Positions 37,979 to 47,714 of a DNA stretch of 64,000 nt are shown here, piece after piece. The DNA comes from Methanobacteriota archaeon (GTDB taxonomy: Archaea > Thermoplasmatota > Poseidoniia > Poseidoniales > Thalassarchaeaceae), in the NCBI GenBank assembly GCA_002719615.1, contig PBHZ01000002.1, positions 49,007 to 113,006 of the forward strand, in the 5' to 3' direction. The notes under the pieces were generated by a model. That model saw only the letters and a program-made list of their open reading frames with translations. It did not search any database and was not told where the DNA came from. Position numbers and translations under genes: made by a program. The stretch's first letter is position 1. The number at the start of each line of letters is the position of its first letter.

Positions 37979-40507
37979 ATGCCAAGCGTGCCTACAACCC
38001 GCCCTGGAGTTCAAGAAAGGATTTTTCTTCATCTAAGGGACTTTGTAGATCATTCAGGAAAGGTAGAAGTGCCATTTGCATTATCTCAAATGGGTATTGC
38101 TAATGCTGTTGCAATAGCTAGATCAAATGTTCCGAGAGCCATAGCAGGTATGAAAGATAATGGCCAATTAATAGAGAGACAAGCACATGTCGCTGGTGTA
38201 TCAAGAAAAAGAAAGGCGTATTTTTTAACTTCAGAGGGTGCTAAAATCGCTGATGAAATTTGGGCCAAAGTTTCCCAACAGACTGTTAGGTTAATTCTTC
38301 CAGATGGGCGCTCTGAAGATGTCGCTTTGTCGGATGCTGTAGAAATGTCAGATTTACCCCTGCGTCATGTTGACATATTGAGATATATGGATGAGAATGG
38401 TTCAGTGGACCTCTCTTCTCTATCTCCTGATTTAATTGAGAGAGATTTATCAAAGCATATTGAAAAACAACTTGTTTCTTATCTCAATGATATTCCAAGA
38501 ACTAGGAGATTCTTCGGTCGAGAGAAAGAACTTGATAATATGGTGGCCCTTCTAGAATCCAAATCAAACTCAATCTTAGTTCCTGGTATTGCAGGAATAG
38601 GAAAAACTGCTTTAGCAGCTAAATTATTAGAAAAATTTACCCACAGGAGAAATTTATTATATCACCGATGTCAAGATTGGGAAGGTTCTCGTTCATTCCT
38701 TGAAGCCTGTGCGGAATGGCTATCGGCAATAGGTGATAACAATCTTTCAGATTATATTGCTTCAACTCCAGTTCCACAATCTTCTATCGCTGTCAATTTA
38801 ATTTCTCAAGGTCTTATGGATTCTCCTGCTTTGATAGTAATAGACGACTTACATAAAGTAGGAGATGAGTCTTTGATTTCTCTTCTAAGGGGATTGACTC
38901 TCAGAATATCTAATCTAAAAGAAGTTGGATTGGTGATGTTTTCAAGATCATTTAGGATGGTTGTACCAGAATCTGATTCAAGTGGTCAAATTGTTACTTT
39001 AGTTATACCTCTTGAAGGTCTCGATGAAGACTCAAGTAAACAAATATTGACTACTATGCCAAATCTTGAAAACCAACAATTTATGCATATTTTTACACTT
39101 TCGAGGGGACATCCTCTTATTCTCGAGCTAATTAATAGAGGTAATGTTGGTGAAAAATTTCATTCAACATTAGAAGCCTTTGTAGATCAAGAAATTTTTA
39201 GTCGACTTTCAGGCTCTGAAAAAAGGTTATTGGGTGCAATAGCAGTATTCCGCGAACCAATCATTCTTGAAGCAATTAATTCTATTGAAAGTGAAACAGA
39301 TATGTTAGATGAATTAGTTGAAAAAGGCCTTGCTAGACAATCCGATGCAGAATCTTACGATGTTCACGATCTCGTTCGTGAATTTCTTGTAAGATCTATG
39401 GAAGAATCATTACGTCACGAATTACATTCCAATGCTGTTGAATGGTATAGGAATAAATATGAAAGTGCCGCTGATAGAATTGAATACATTCACCATTTAC
39501 ATTTCTCAGAGAATAATGAAGAATTGTCAAAGGTTTTGATTTCTGAAGGGCATGATTTAGTTAAAGCTGGCCATACTGAATTATATTCAATATTAAAATC
39601 ATTAGAATCAGAAGATTTTGAAAACAATAGTTGGGGATTGATAAGGGAATTAAGAGGTAATATTCTTTCAATTCAGGGTCACTGGGACGAAGCGGAAATA
39701 GAATATGATGCTGCAATGAGAAGTATTGGTAAAAATAAGATGATTTCAGAACTGTCTCGCCTTCTTTCGGCTAGAGCCGATATTGCTGTGAAGCGAGGAG
39801 CAATGGATGATGCTTTGGAATTACATAGAAAGGCATTGGAAATTCAAATATCAATCAGGGATGCAGTAGGGGCAGCAAAATCATATAACAATATGGGTTA
39901 TATTTTTAGAAGAAGGAAAGATGTTAGACACGCATTAGAAGTGTATGGTAATGTAGAAGATTTACTTAAATCTGAGAATAATCCGGAATTATGTGATGCC
40001 CGTATCCGTCTGTCTTCTGCATTTTTGGAAATGGGAGAGTTAGATAGGTCCAGAGAACACGCATTACTTGCTTTCGAAGAAACTGACAATAATGGCCAAG
40101 CATTTCTTCACGCTAGATCGAGAGCAGTACTTGGTAGATATTATGCCAAAGTTTCTGATAACGAGTTAGCTCTACATCATTACTCGGGGGCTTTAGAAGA
40201 ACTATCCAAGCAAGATGATCCTAGAAGCGTTGTGGAGGTATCTTTGCTTCTAGGGCAAGTATTGATGGATGCAGGTAGAAATGAAGAAGCAGCTAATCAT
40301 TATCTTGGAGGATTAGCCGTTGCGGAAGCAAATGATTTCCGTATGATGCAGGGAGAACTATTATCTAGGCTTGGAGAAGTTGAAACTGATCGTTCACAAA
40401 GAATGAATTATTTACAGAGTTCATTATCTGTTTTCAGAGAATTAGGAGCAGTAGATAGGATGAAAGATGTTCAAAATTCAGTTCATAGGGCAATAATGGG
40501 TCATTAA
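37979..40507 (+). CDS. STAND-class NTPase: N-terminal MarR-like winged helix, NB-ARC-like P-loop ATPase, C-terminal TPR array (putative signal-sensing transcriptional regulator)
   Basis: wHTH: ALSQMGIANAVAIARSNVPRAIAGMKDNGQLIERQ...RKAYFLTSEG. Walker A VPGIAGIGKTALAAKL, Walker B ALIVIDDLHKV, and an NB-ARC GxP-like SRGHPLILELI. TPR-like repeats (AAKSYNNMGYIFRRRKDVRHALEVY and others). Confidence 0.8.
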   Translation: MPSVPTTRPGVQERIFLHLRDFVDHSGKVEVPFALSQMGIANAVAIARSNVPRAIAGMKDNGQLIERQAHVAGVSRKRKAYFLTSEGAKIADEIWAKVSQQTVRLILPDGRSEDVALSDAVEMSDLPLRHVDILRYMDENGSVDLSSLSPDLIERDLSKHIEKQLVSYLNDIPRTRRFFGREKELDNMVALLESKSNSILVPGIAGIGKTALAAKLLEKFTHRRNLLYHRCQDWEGSRSFLEACAEWLSAIGDNNLSDYIASTPVPQSSIAVNLISQGLMDSPALIVIDDLHKVGDESLISLLRGLTLRISNLKEVGLVMFSRSFRMVVPESDSSGQIVTLVIPLEGLDEDSSKQILTTMPNLENQQFMHIFTLSRGHPLILELINRGNVGEKFHSTLEAFVDQEIFSRLSGSEKRLLGAIAVFREPIILEAINSIESETDMLDELVEKGLARQSDAESYDVHDLVREFLVRSMEESLRHELHSNAVEWYRNKYESAADRIEYIHHLHFSENNEELSKVLISEGHDLVKAGHTELYSILKSLESEDFENNSWGLIRELRGNILSIQGHWDEAEIEYDAAMRSIGKNKMISELSRLLSARADIAVKRGAMDDALELHRKALEIQISIRDAVGAAKSYNNMGYIFRRRKDVRHALEVYGNVEDLLKSENNPELCDARIRLSSAFLEMGELDRSREHALLAFEETDNNGQAFLHARSRAVLGRYYAKVSDNELALHHYSGALEELSKQDDPRSVVEVSLLLGQVLMDAGRNEEAANHYLGGLAVAEANDFRMMQGELLSRLGEVETDRSQRMNYLQSSLSVFRELGAVDRMKDVQNSVHRAIMGH

Positions 40508-41314
40508 TCATAAAACTCTGATTCTTTCTTCATCCTGTTGACCTAGATAGTGACTAAATTCCGGTCCTATTTGTCTAGAGATGGCTATATTTCCATTATA
40601 TTTATCTCCAATATGGTATAATACTTCACTTTCTGCAAGGTGAGGCGCATTGTTTTTATCTGATAAATGACATAGAACTATACTCTCTAATTTTGTATGC
40701 ATAACTTCAGAAAGTAATTTACCTGTTTGAAAATTAGATAAGTGCCCACCCCTGCCAGAAATTCTTCTTTTCAGAGATTCAGGATAACTACTCATAAACA
40801 ATTTTTTTTGATCATAATTAGCTTCTATTGAAATATGTCTACATCCATCGAGATATTTTTTTAATTCTATTGTAGATTCTCCCAAATCTGTAAGAAAGGC
40901 AGCCTTTTCTCCTCTTCCACTGTTCGTAATAATTGCAACATTATCAGCTTTATCATGGGGAATTGGAACGCCTATAAAACTAAAATTATGACCACATTCA
41001 ACTATATCTAGGTTGTTAAAAGTCTTACATGTATTAATTGGTTCCCAGCCCATTTTTATCGCTGTTTGTATATTACAGTGTAATTCAGAGCCCCATTTTT
41101 TTGACGCCCTTTCTGCCGAGTTAGAATGATCTCCATGATGATGCGTCACAATAATTGAACTAATATCTCTTCCTTCCAGGCCAATACTTTTCAGTTTCTT
41201 TTCAGTCTGTAACAGTGAAAAACCACAATCGATTAAAATATTCTCATTATCAGTGCTCAATAGAGTAGCATTACCTTTACTACCTGACCCAAGATGAGTT
41301 ATTTTTAGGCTCAT
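40508..41314 (-). CDS. Metallo-beta-lactamase-fold hydrolase (YycJ/PhnP-like)
   Basis: HxHxDH motif IVTHHHGDHSN. N-terminal LGSGSKGNATLL..ILIDCG. Downstream His/Asp ligand positions (PHDKADN, CHLS). Confidence 0.85.
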   Translation of the reverse strand: MSLKITHLGSGSKGNATLLSTDNENILIDCGFSLLQTEKKLKSIGLEGRDISSIIVTHHHGDHSNSAERASKKWGSELHCNIQTAIKMGWEPINTCKTFNNLDIVECGHNFSFIGVPIPHDKADNVAIITNSGRGEKAAFLTDLGESTIELKKYLDGCRHISIEANYDQKKLFMSSYPESLKRRISGRGGHLSNFQTGKLLSEVMHTKLESIVLCHLSDKNNAPHLAESEVLYHIGDKYNGNIAISRQIGPEFSHYLGQQDEERIRVL

Positions 41315-41430
41315 GTTGTACCTAGCGGCATGTATCTTGGTCTATGAATAAATGGTTTTTTTTAATACTTAATTATAGTTTTTTTATTGTTTTAATATAT
41401 CTTCAAAACATTTATTTTTTCTTTCTGTCC

Positions 41431-41444
41431 GAACTACGCTCCAT
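41431..41444 (+). promoter_or_regulatory. Conserved 14-nt upstream element GAACTACGCTCCAT, copy 2 (52 nt from its end to ATG 41496)
   Basis: Identical to 3316-3329. It lies in the divergent spacer between the MBL hydrolase and the 1902-aa TSP3 giant. Confidence 0.4.
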
Positions 41445-41495
41445 CAGTATGATAAATCACTTTACTCTGCTAAATCTGTTAATCGGTGAGTATCA

Positions 41496-44400
41496 ATGCG
41501 TCGCAAACAGATAAGTGCCTTATTATTATCCTTCCTCATGTTGGCTAGTTTGGCATTTGTATCGCAGACAAGGCCACAGTCATCAGTTTCATCTATTGAT
41601 CCAAATGTAGCGGAGGGAGGGGATCCTCCAATCACAGATCAAGATGGAGATTTAATACCAGATATGCATGAATTTATTTTCAGTGAGGATATTAATCTCC
41701 AAATTAATACTTTTAATTTGATTATAGAAGGATTAGATTCTTACAATGCAACCGATAATGTAACCGATCGAGATAAAGATGGCGCTTCTGCTTTAATGGA
41801 ATATTGTTGGCCCTTTACTTTGGATGCTTGTTTGGATTCTGAAAAAAGAAACTCATTAACTGGTAAATCACCAGAGGAATCAATTTCCGGATTAAGGGAA
41901 TATTTAGACCCACGTATAGCAGATACTGATGGAGATGGATTGCCCGATGGTTATGAAATATATATGTGTACCAATGGAGGAGTTGGTTCTATTAACCCAC
42001 TAACAAATGCTTGGGATTGTTTATATTTTGACCCTCTAGATCCTAAAGATTTGGTGGATGATTTTGATAGATGTGAAATAGATTTTACTTGGGGTTGTGG
42101 AGACGGATTTGATTTTAATAAAGATGGTATTATTGATATAGGCGAGAGGTTCACCAATACCGAAGAGTATCTTTATGGCTCTCCTGAAGATTGGGTTACC
42201 GAAAGAGATGGCCTTTGGTGTGTTGGAGATATTCAAGGATTATCACCATCTTGTCAAACTGAAGTTCAAAGAGCTACATTAGATGATGGTTGGCTAGGTA
42301 CAGATCCAAGATTTGCAGATTCAGACTATTATGTATGGTCTGATTTTGAAGCTTTAGAACTCACCTCACTTGGAGATGGAATACCCGATGGTTGGGAGGC
42401 GTATAATGGACTTGATCCTAGAAATTCCTCTGATGCAATTACGGATTTGGACTCTGATGGTTGGGATGAGAACAGAGATGGTTACATAACTCCTGATATA
42501 ACAATCTCAACATCTCACTGGGGTGAAGAATTTAGTAATTATGAAGAATATTTAGTTGATTCAGATTCAGGCTTTGGCGTCATACCAGGAGTAACTGGGG
42601 CAAGAATCAATTCTGCAGATGGAGAATTAATTTCTTTGAATTATAAATCCGATGTAGAATTTGTTGATACCTCAATCCATAAAATAATTGCTGATTCTCA
42701 AAGAGATAGATTACTTGTAGGTTCTAAATACGGCATTACAGTAATAGATCCTTTTAGAAATACATCATCATTATTTCCTTTGGAGCATGGTACAGAAATG
42801 AATGTCATGGAGAAATATGAGTTAGGAGAAAAAAGTTACTTATTTTTTGGAACTAATAAGGGGTTACACACAATCCAATTAGATAATGGATTGCCTGTTA
42901 CTGAATCTGAAAAAGTATTTACTTTAGACTCCATAGAAATAATTACTAAACTACAAACACAGAGTGATAATTTGAATTTATTAATTGCTAGTGATACCAA
43001 GATATGGACAATTCAATTATCTGAAGATTTTGAAGATTCAGTTGAAGATGTTAAAATAGATTATTTAACTAAGGTTTCTAATTTAATTAATCACGAAAAT
43101 GCATCTATAACTACATCCGTCCATGTTGAGATGCAAGGGCGAATTCCTATACTATTCGTAGGTACTGATTCTGGTTTAATCGCTTGGAATACTACAGATG
43201 GAACAAATTCTATTGGAAATCCTTATTGGGTATTCAACAGAACTAATGCTGAATATTTTATAAATGAGAATATTTATGATCCCACAGCTACTCCTAGAGT
43301 AAATATTTTACAAAAGGAAGAAAATGATGGTGCAACTCCTGGTCTATGGCTTGGCATGTCGGGAGGTCTTTATCTCGTCGAATTGGATATTATAACTTCT
43401 CAACCCACTGAAGCATTCAATAGTGACAGGATGTTAAACATAGAAAATATTCTAGATGGCGCTAATGATATCAGATCTGTATTTTCATACCAGGGAATGG
43501 TTATAATTGGGTCATCATATGGCTCATGGTGTCTAGAAGGTAACGCTCAAGATGGTATCCTTGGCATGTATCTAAATCAAACTAGGATTCCTGGCTTAGT
43601 TACCTCATTTGCAATGATTGAAAATCAAGGACAAGAGTGGATTTTTGCTGGCATTTCTCCAGGAAAATATATGAATATCGCTTCATTAAATCCATTATCA
43701 AATGACTCCGATTTAGATGGTATGAATGATGGTTGGGAGTTTATCAATGGTTTAGATCCCACAGATCCATTTGATGCAGCGAGGGATCCTGATTATGATG
43801 GAGTTAGATATTTCACAGAAGAAGGAGTATTATTTGATCGATTGTGGACTAATTTGGATGAATATAGATTTAGTTCAATTTCTGATTCTGGAGTAAATAG
43901 TACAGATCCTAGGCAAATGGACTCAGATGGAGATGGACTAACTGATGGAGAAGAATATTGGGGTTGGTTTACTGATTCAACCATTTTTGAATGCCACTAT
44001 ATAAATAAAAATTATATCTGTGATGAAGAAACTGGTATTGATGCTCTCAAAGTTCACATGGAAGGGTGGCTTGGTTCAGGTACTGGAGGAGGAACAGATG
44101 GCCCTACAGATCCCACTAATCCAGATTCAGATGGAGATGGTATGCCAGATGGATGGGAAATAGAAAACAGAAGATGGATAGGCGATACTTATACAGGTGG
44201 TAATTCTTGGTCTTTAGATCCCAGAAATCCTTTAGATGCAGATCAGGATGCAGATGGTGATGGTTTGAGTAATTTATGCGAATATAAGTGGAGTAATTTA
44301 CTAGATTTAACTCTACGAGAAGGTTTGGATAGTCATGGTGAATCTGCTGAAGCTGCTCTAAATTGGTCTCGTACAGATCCTAATTCGATTGATTCTGATG

Positions 44401-47204
44401 GAGATACGATACCAGATGGATGGGAAGCTAGATATAAGTGCAGTTGGTCTCCTAGGAATGCAGGTATAAACCCCCTAAATGGGTCAGATTATTTGAGTAA
44501 TCCAGATGGTGATGGGTATGATGTTAATCATAATGGAGTATTAGAATTAAATGAACAATTAGTTAATTGGATGGAATATTATTTGATGTCAGATATTCTG
44601 TACCAATCTAGTACTTCTTCTGGAATATCTTATCCTGATAATTTCTCAACACAGCTATCTCATGAATCATGGGAAGGATTAGCTGACACTCCTTTTGGCG
44701 ATCAATCTACTGTATTTTATTCTTTTTTGGTCGATGGTATGATTCCTTCAGACTTAGGGACATCTGATCCATTAAAGGCTGACTCCGATAGAGATGGTAT
44801 GCCAGATGGTTGGGAGTTTTACCATGCTAGGTGGAGTATTTTTGATCAAAAATGGTCATTAAATCCTGTTAATGAAAAAGATAATTTAGAAGACTATGAT
44901 GGAGATGGAATGAATAATTGGGAAGAATATAACTCAATTTCAACTAATTTAAGTGAAAATGATAATTCTATATCTTCTCCTCAGTTTTTCTTAATGAGCG
45001 TCTTAGGTGAAATAACTCCTGTCCCTTGGATAGGGGCTGAATCAGCATTATCTTTTGGAGACTTTATTTCGGAAGAACAAATAAATTTAACTGGCCTTAC
45101 TACAGATCCCAATAATCCAGATTCTGATGGCGATGGTATTTTAGATGGCATAGAATTACTATTCACTCAGTGGAACTCAACAGATCAAGTCTGGACTCTT
45201 AATCCCTTGGTCCCTGGGGATGGGTATTATGATTCTGACAATGATGGTATAACCGATATTGTAGAATTAAATATGACAAATAATAATCCTGTAAATGGCG
45301 GATTGTCTCCTTATGACGCTCCTAAATTCTGGGATGAAGCAAATTCAATAGATAATCAAGAATCGATAAATAGAATTTACAGAATAATATTTTCCAAAGA
45401 AGGTCGTGCCGATTTGGCCATGGAGCAATTTGTAGATTGGGAGTCTGGAAAACCAGCAAAACCACTATTGGAATCAATATTTGGAATTACTGATCCTAAT
45501 TCTCAAGACACAGATAGAGATGGTATGAGTGATGGTTATGAATATTGGTTCACAGAGTGGAATCTTGAAAATAATTCATGGTCTATGAATCCGTTAACTG
45601 ATTACGATGTAAATTTTGACTCTGATCAAGATTCTTTTGATTGTAATGGAGATGGTGAAATATCTGATTCAGAATCTTTCGATAATTTGGCGGAATACGA
45701 TTCAAGAATATATGGCAAGAGACTTGCAATAGATACTATTCCAAATGGTTCTGGTCTTATTTCATATGGTTCGGATGCAATTACTGCTCAAATTGAAGAG
45801 AATGGACTCTCTCATTCGGCTGCGAAAAGTATTCTATACACTTTGTTTTCTTCGAAGAGTATTTCTTCATCAGAAAAAATTGGTCTGATAAATGAGGTTG
45901 ATCCTAATAATTTCAATATAAGTTTGGCAGGTATTAGTGACCCAAATGATGCCGATTCAGATAGAGACGGCATGCCAGATGGTTGGGAGTACTGTTATTC
46001 TATTTATGGTGAATTTTTACCTGTAAATGCTTATCGCTGGTCATTGAACCCACTAAACCCATTGGATATCTCTTATGATCCTGATTCAGATGGGTGGTAT
46101 GATAGATCGTTCGATGATACTCCTGCAACCCAAGGAAAATGGGTCGATCGACAATTTATCCAAGATTCTGATGAAAATCAGCTGGACTCCGGAGTTTTAG
46201 AGTTATATTTCAATAATTTAATGGAATATGAAAATGGTACTCATCCTCTAGATGATGATTCAGATGATGATTCAATTATCATGATTCCGATTTTTGAGAA
46301 TGGTTTTGTAACAAATTATATCAGAGACAGTAGTCTTTCTGATGGGCGTGAAATTTTCAAATATGGAACAAACCCACTTGATAATGATACTGATGGTGAT
46401 ATGATGCCAGATTTTTATGAATATTCAAGAGGATGGAATGAGACTAATGATAATTGGTCCTCTTATCTACAAATTGCTGTGGAATGGTATCAAGTATCTT
46501 CTACCAATTGGAAACCAGTAGATGTCTCAAAAGGTTACATTTCTAGGCCTTCTTTAAACTGGACATGGTTTACTCACGACCCGACTAATCCAAATGATGC
46601 GGGCCAAGATGCAGATAATGATGGAGATTGGGTCTGTTCTTCTGGCTCGTGTATTTATCAACCATATACTAACTTCCAAGAGTATTATGCAACAGTTAAT
46701 GCGACCCTTTCCTCACCTTCTCTTGTTCGTGCCGCTAATTTATATGATTGTTCAGGAAATATTGTAGAAGAATGGTGGCAACTCAGAGAATCCTTGCTAG
46801 GAACTTGCTCGGGGAATACTGCAATTTCTACCAATTATTTACGTATGAATAGAATTAGTGAAACTGATTCTCTTTATGCTTTAGTGATTAATGACAATGA
46901 CGAAAACTATGAAATTATTAATGCATCCGATGATATAATTCTAACAAATGGAGCTTGGACAGATCAATACAATAGATTTGCTGGCGATCAGTACCATCTA
47001 CCAAATATCGGACTTGGTGAATATGTATTTGGCTGGTGGAATCTAGATTTAGATGGAGACATGATTGCCGAAGGAACAGATCCAAAAAATTGGGACACTG
47101 ATGGAGACTGGCTTAATGACTATTTTGAAATTAATGATGATTTATTAGACGGAATTAGAGGAAACAGTGGCTCACCAATAAGATATGATGATAGAACAAC
47201 ATAG
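41496..47204 (+). CDS. Giant secreted protein (1902 aa): signal peptide, TSP-type-3-like Ca-binding repeats, embedded Reg_prop-like beta-propeller, long array of DxDxDG..W(S/T)(L/M)NP modules, no C-terminal TM anchor
   Basis: Signal ISALLLSFLMLASLAFVSQ. Repeats DTDGDGLPDGYE, DSDGDGMPDGWE, DSDRDGMPDGWEF and others. Propeller-like blades LLVGSKYGITVIDP, LFFGTNKGLHTIQL, LFVGTDSGLIAWNT, LWLGMSGGLYLVEL. SD-like GGTGA lies 6 nt upstream of the ATG. Confidence 0.85.
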   Translation: MRRKQISALLLSFLMLASLAFVSQTRPQSSVSSIDPNVAEGGDPPITDQDGDLIPDMHEFIFSEDINLQINTFNLIIEGLDSYNATDNVTDRDKDGASALMEYCWPFTLDACLDSEKRNSLTGKSPEESISGLREYLDPRIADTDGDGLPDGYEIYMCTNGGVGSINPLTNAWDCLYFDPLDPKDLVDDFDRCEIDFTWGCGDGFDFNKDGIIDIGERFTNTEEYLYGSPEDWVTERDGLWCVGDIQGLSPSCQTEVQRATLDDGWLGTDPRFADSDYYVWSDFEALELTSLGDGIPDGWEAYNGLDPRNSSDAITDLDSDGWDENRDGYITPDITISTSHWGEEFSNYEEYLVDSDSGFGVIPGVTGARINSADGELISLNYKSDVEFVDTSIHKIIADSQRDRLLVGSKYGITVIDPFRNTSSLFPLEHGTEMNVMEKYELGEKSYLFFGTNKGLHTIQLDNGLPVTESEKVFTLDSIEIITKLQTQSDNLNLLIASDTKIWTIQLSEDFEDSVEDVKIDYLTKVSNLINHENASITTSVHVEMQGRIPILFVGTDSGLIAWNTTDGTNSIGNPYWVFNRTNAEYFINENIYDPTATPRVNILQKEENDGATPGLWLGMSGGLYLVELDIITSQPTEAFNSDRMLNIENILDGANDIRSVFSYQGMVIIGSSYGSWCLEGNAQDGILGMYLNQTRIPGLVTSFAMIENQGQEWIFAGISPGKYMNIASLNPLSNDSDLDGMNDGWEFINGLDPTDPFDAARDPDYDGVRYFTEEGVLFDRLWTNLDEYRFSSISDSGVNSTDPRQMDSDGDGLTDGEEYWGWFTDSTIFECHYINKNYICDEETGIDALKVHMEGWLGSGTGGGTDGPTDPTNPDSDGDGMPDGWEIENRRWIGDTYTGGNSWSLDPRNPLDADQDADGDGLSNLCEYKWSNLLDLTLREGLDSHGESAEAALNWSRTDPNSIDSDGDTIPDGWEARYKCSWSPRNAGINPLNGSDYLSNPDGDGYDVNHNGVLELNEQLVNWMEYYLMSDILYQSSTSSGISYPDNFSTQLSHESWEGLADTPFGDQSTVFYSFLVDGMIPSDLGTSDPLKADSDRDGMPDGWEFYHARWSIFDQKWSLNPVNEKDNLEDYDGDGMNNWEEYNSISTNLSENDNSISSPQFFLMSVLGEITPVPWIGAESALSFGDFISEEQINLTGLTTDPNNPDSDGDGILDGIELLFTQWNSTDQVWTLNPLVPGDGYYDSDNDGITDIVELNMTNNNPVNGGLSPYDAPKFWDEANSIDNQESINRIYRIIFSKEGRADLAMEQFVDWESGKPAKPLLESIFGITDPNSQDTDRDGMSDGYEYWFTEWNLENNSWSMNPLTDYDVNFDSDQDSFDCNGDGEISDSESFDNLAEYDSRIYGKRLAIDTIPNGSGLISYGSDAITAQIEENGLSHSAAKSILYTLFSSKSISSSEKIGLINEVDPNNFNISLAGISDPNDADSDRDGMPDGWEYCYSIYGEFLPVNAYRWSLNPLNPLDISYDPDSDGWYDRSFDDTPATQGKWVDRQFIQDSDENQLDSGVLELYFNNLMEYENGTHPLDDDSDDDSIIMIPIFENGFVTNYIRDSSLSDGREIFKYGTNPLDNDTDGDMMPDFYEYSRGWNETNDNWSSYLQIAVEWYQVSSTNWKPVDVSKGYISRPSLNWTWFTHDPTNPNDAGQDADNDGDWVCSSGSCIYQPYTNFQEYYATVNATLSSPSLVRAANLYDCSGNIVEEWWQLRESLLGTCSGNTAISTNYLRMNRISETDSLYALVINDNDENYEIINASDDIILTNGAWTDQYNRFAGDQYHLPNIGLGEYVFGWWNLDLDGDMIAEGTDPKNWDTDGDWLNDYFEINDDLLDGIRGNSGSPIRYDDRTT
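41637..42480 (+). repeat. TSP-type-3-like Ca-binding repeat block I of the 1902-aa protein
   Basis: DQDGDLIPDMHE ... DTDGDGLPDGYE ... LGDGIPDGWE ... DLDSDGWDENRDG. Confidence 0.65.
43700..47140 (+). repeat. TSP-type-3-like repeat block II, organised as a higher-order module (DxDxDG-MPDGWE - Trp-rich linker - W-S/T-L/M-NP)
   Basis: At least eight successive modules, e.g. DSDRDGMPDGWEFYHARWSIFDQKWSLNP, DSDGDGILDGIELLFTQWNSTDQVWTLNP, DTDRDGMSDGYEYWFTEWNLENNSWSMNP, DSDRDGMPDGWEYCYS...YRWSLNP. Confidence 0.7.
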
Positions 47205-47240
47205 TGTCTAGTTAATTTGTGGATATGAGGTGGGGTAGTT

Positions 47241-47714
47241 ATGTCTGAAGACAATCACGGAATTCCGAACATTGATTCTCCGGTTGAAGATAAATTATTA
47301 TTCCTTCAGGAAAATATGGTTAACTTTGTTAATCAATATAACCTTCCATTGGTGGAGGTTTCTTTAGTACTATCTAAATATATTAAAATTCTATCTAAAT
47401 CCTTGGAATCTGAGGCAAAAAAAGAAAATGAGACTATACCAGACTCAATAATGTCTCCTTTTCCAGTAAAAGATTCCACTCAGCCATCTATTATTTCCTC
47501 ATTCCCATTGGAAACTATACTGGAAAACGTCGACAGAGATAGGATGGATATTTTTGATACCATTATTAGAACAGTCATTAATTCTACTGAACTCCCCTTC
47601 ATAAATGCTATTACATTACTAAGAGACTGGGAATCCATAACTCGTAACCAATTGTCTCAATCTACTAAGCCAGGACATCTTTTCAGCCCTATTGAATTAC
47701 CTGAAGACTTTTAA
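47241..47714 (+). CDS. Hypothetical protein (157 aa)
   Basis: ORF preceded by the SD-like GAGGTGG. No recognisable motif. Confidence 0.5.
   Translation: MSEDNHGIPNIDSPVEDKLLFLQENMVNFVNQYNLPLVEVSLVLSKYIKILSKSLESEAKKENETIPDSIMSPFPVKDSTQPSIISSFPLETILENVDRDRMDIFDTIIRTVINSTELPFINAITLLRDWESITRNQLSQSTKPGHLFSPIELPEDF

Noticed and set aside
37979-40507. STAND ATPase as an Avs-type antiviral sensor
   Set aside because: The N-terminal module is a MarR-like winged helix, not a nuclease, protease, TIR or SIR2 effector. A regulator role is more parsimonious. It is not excluded, only down-weighted.
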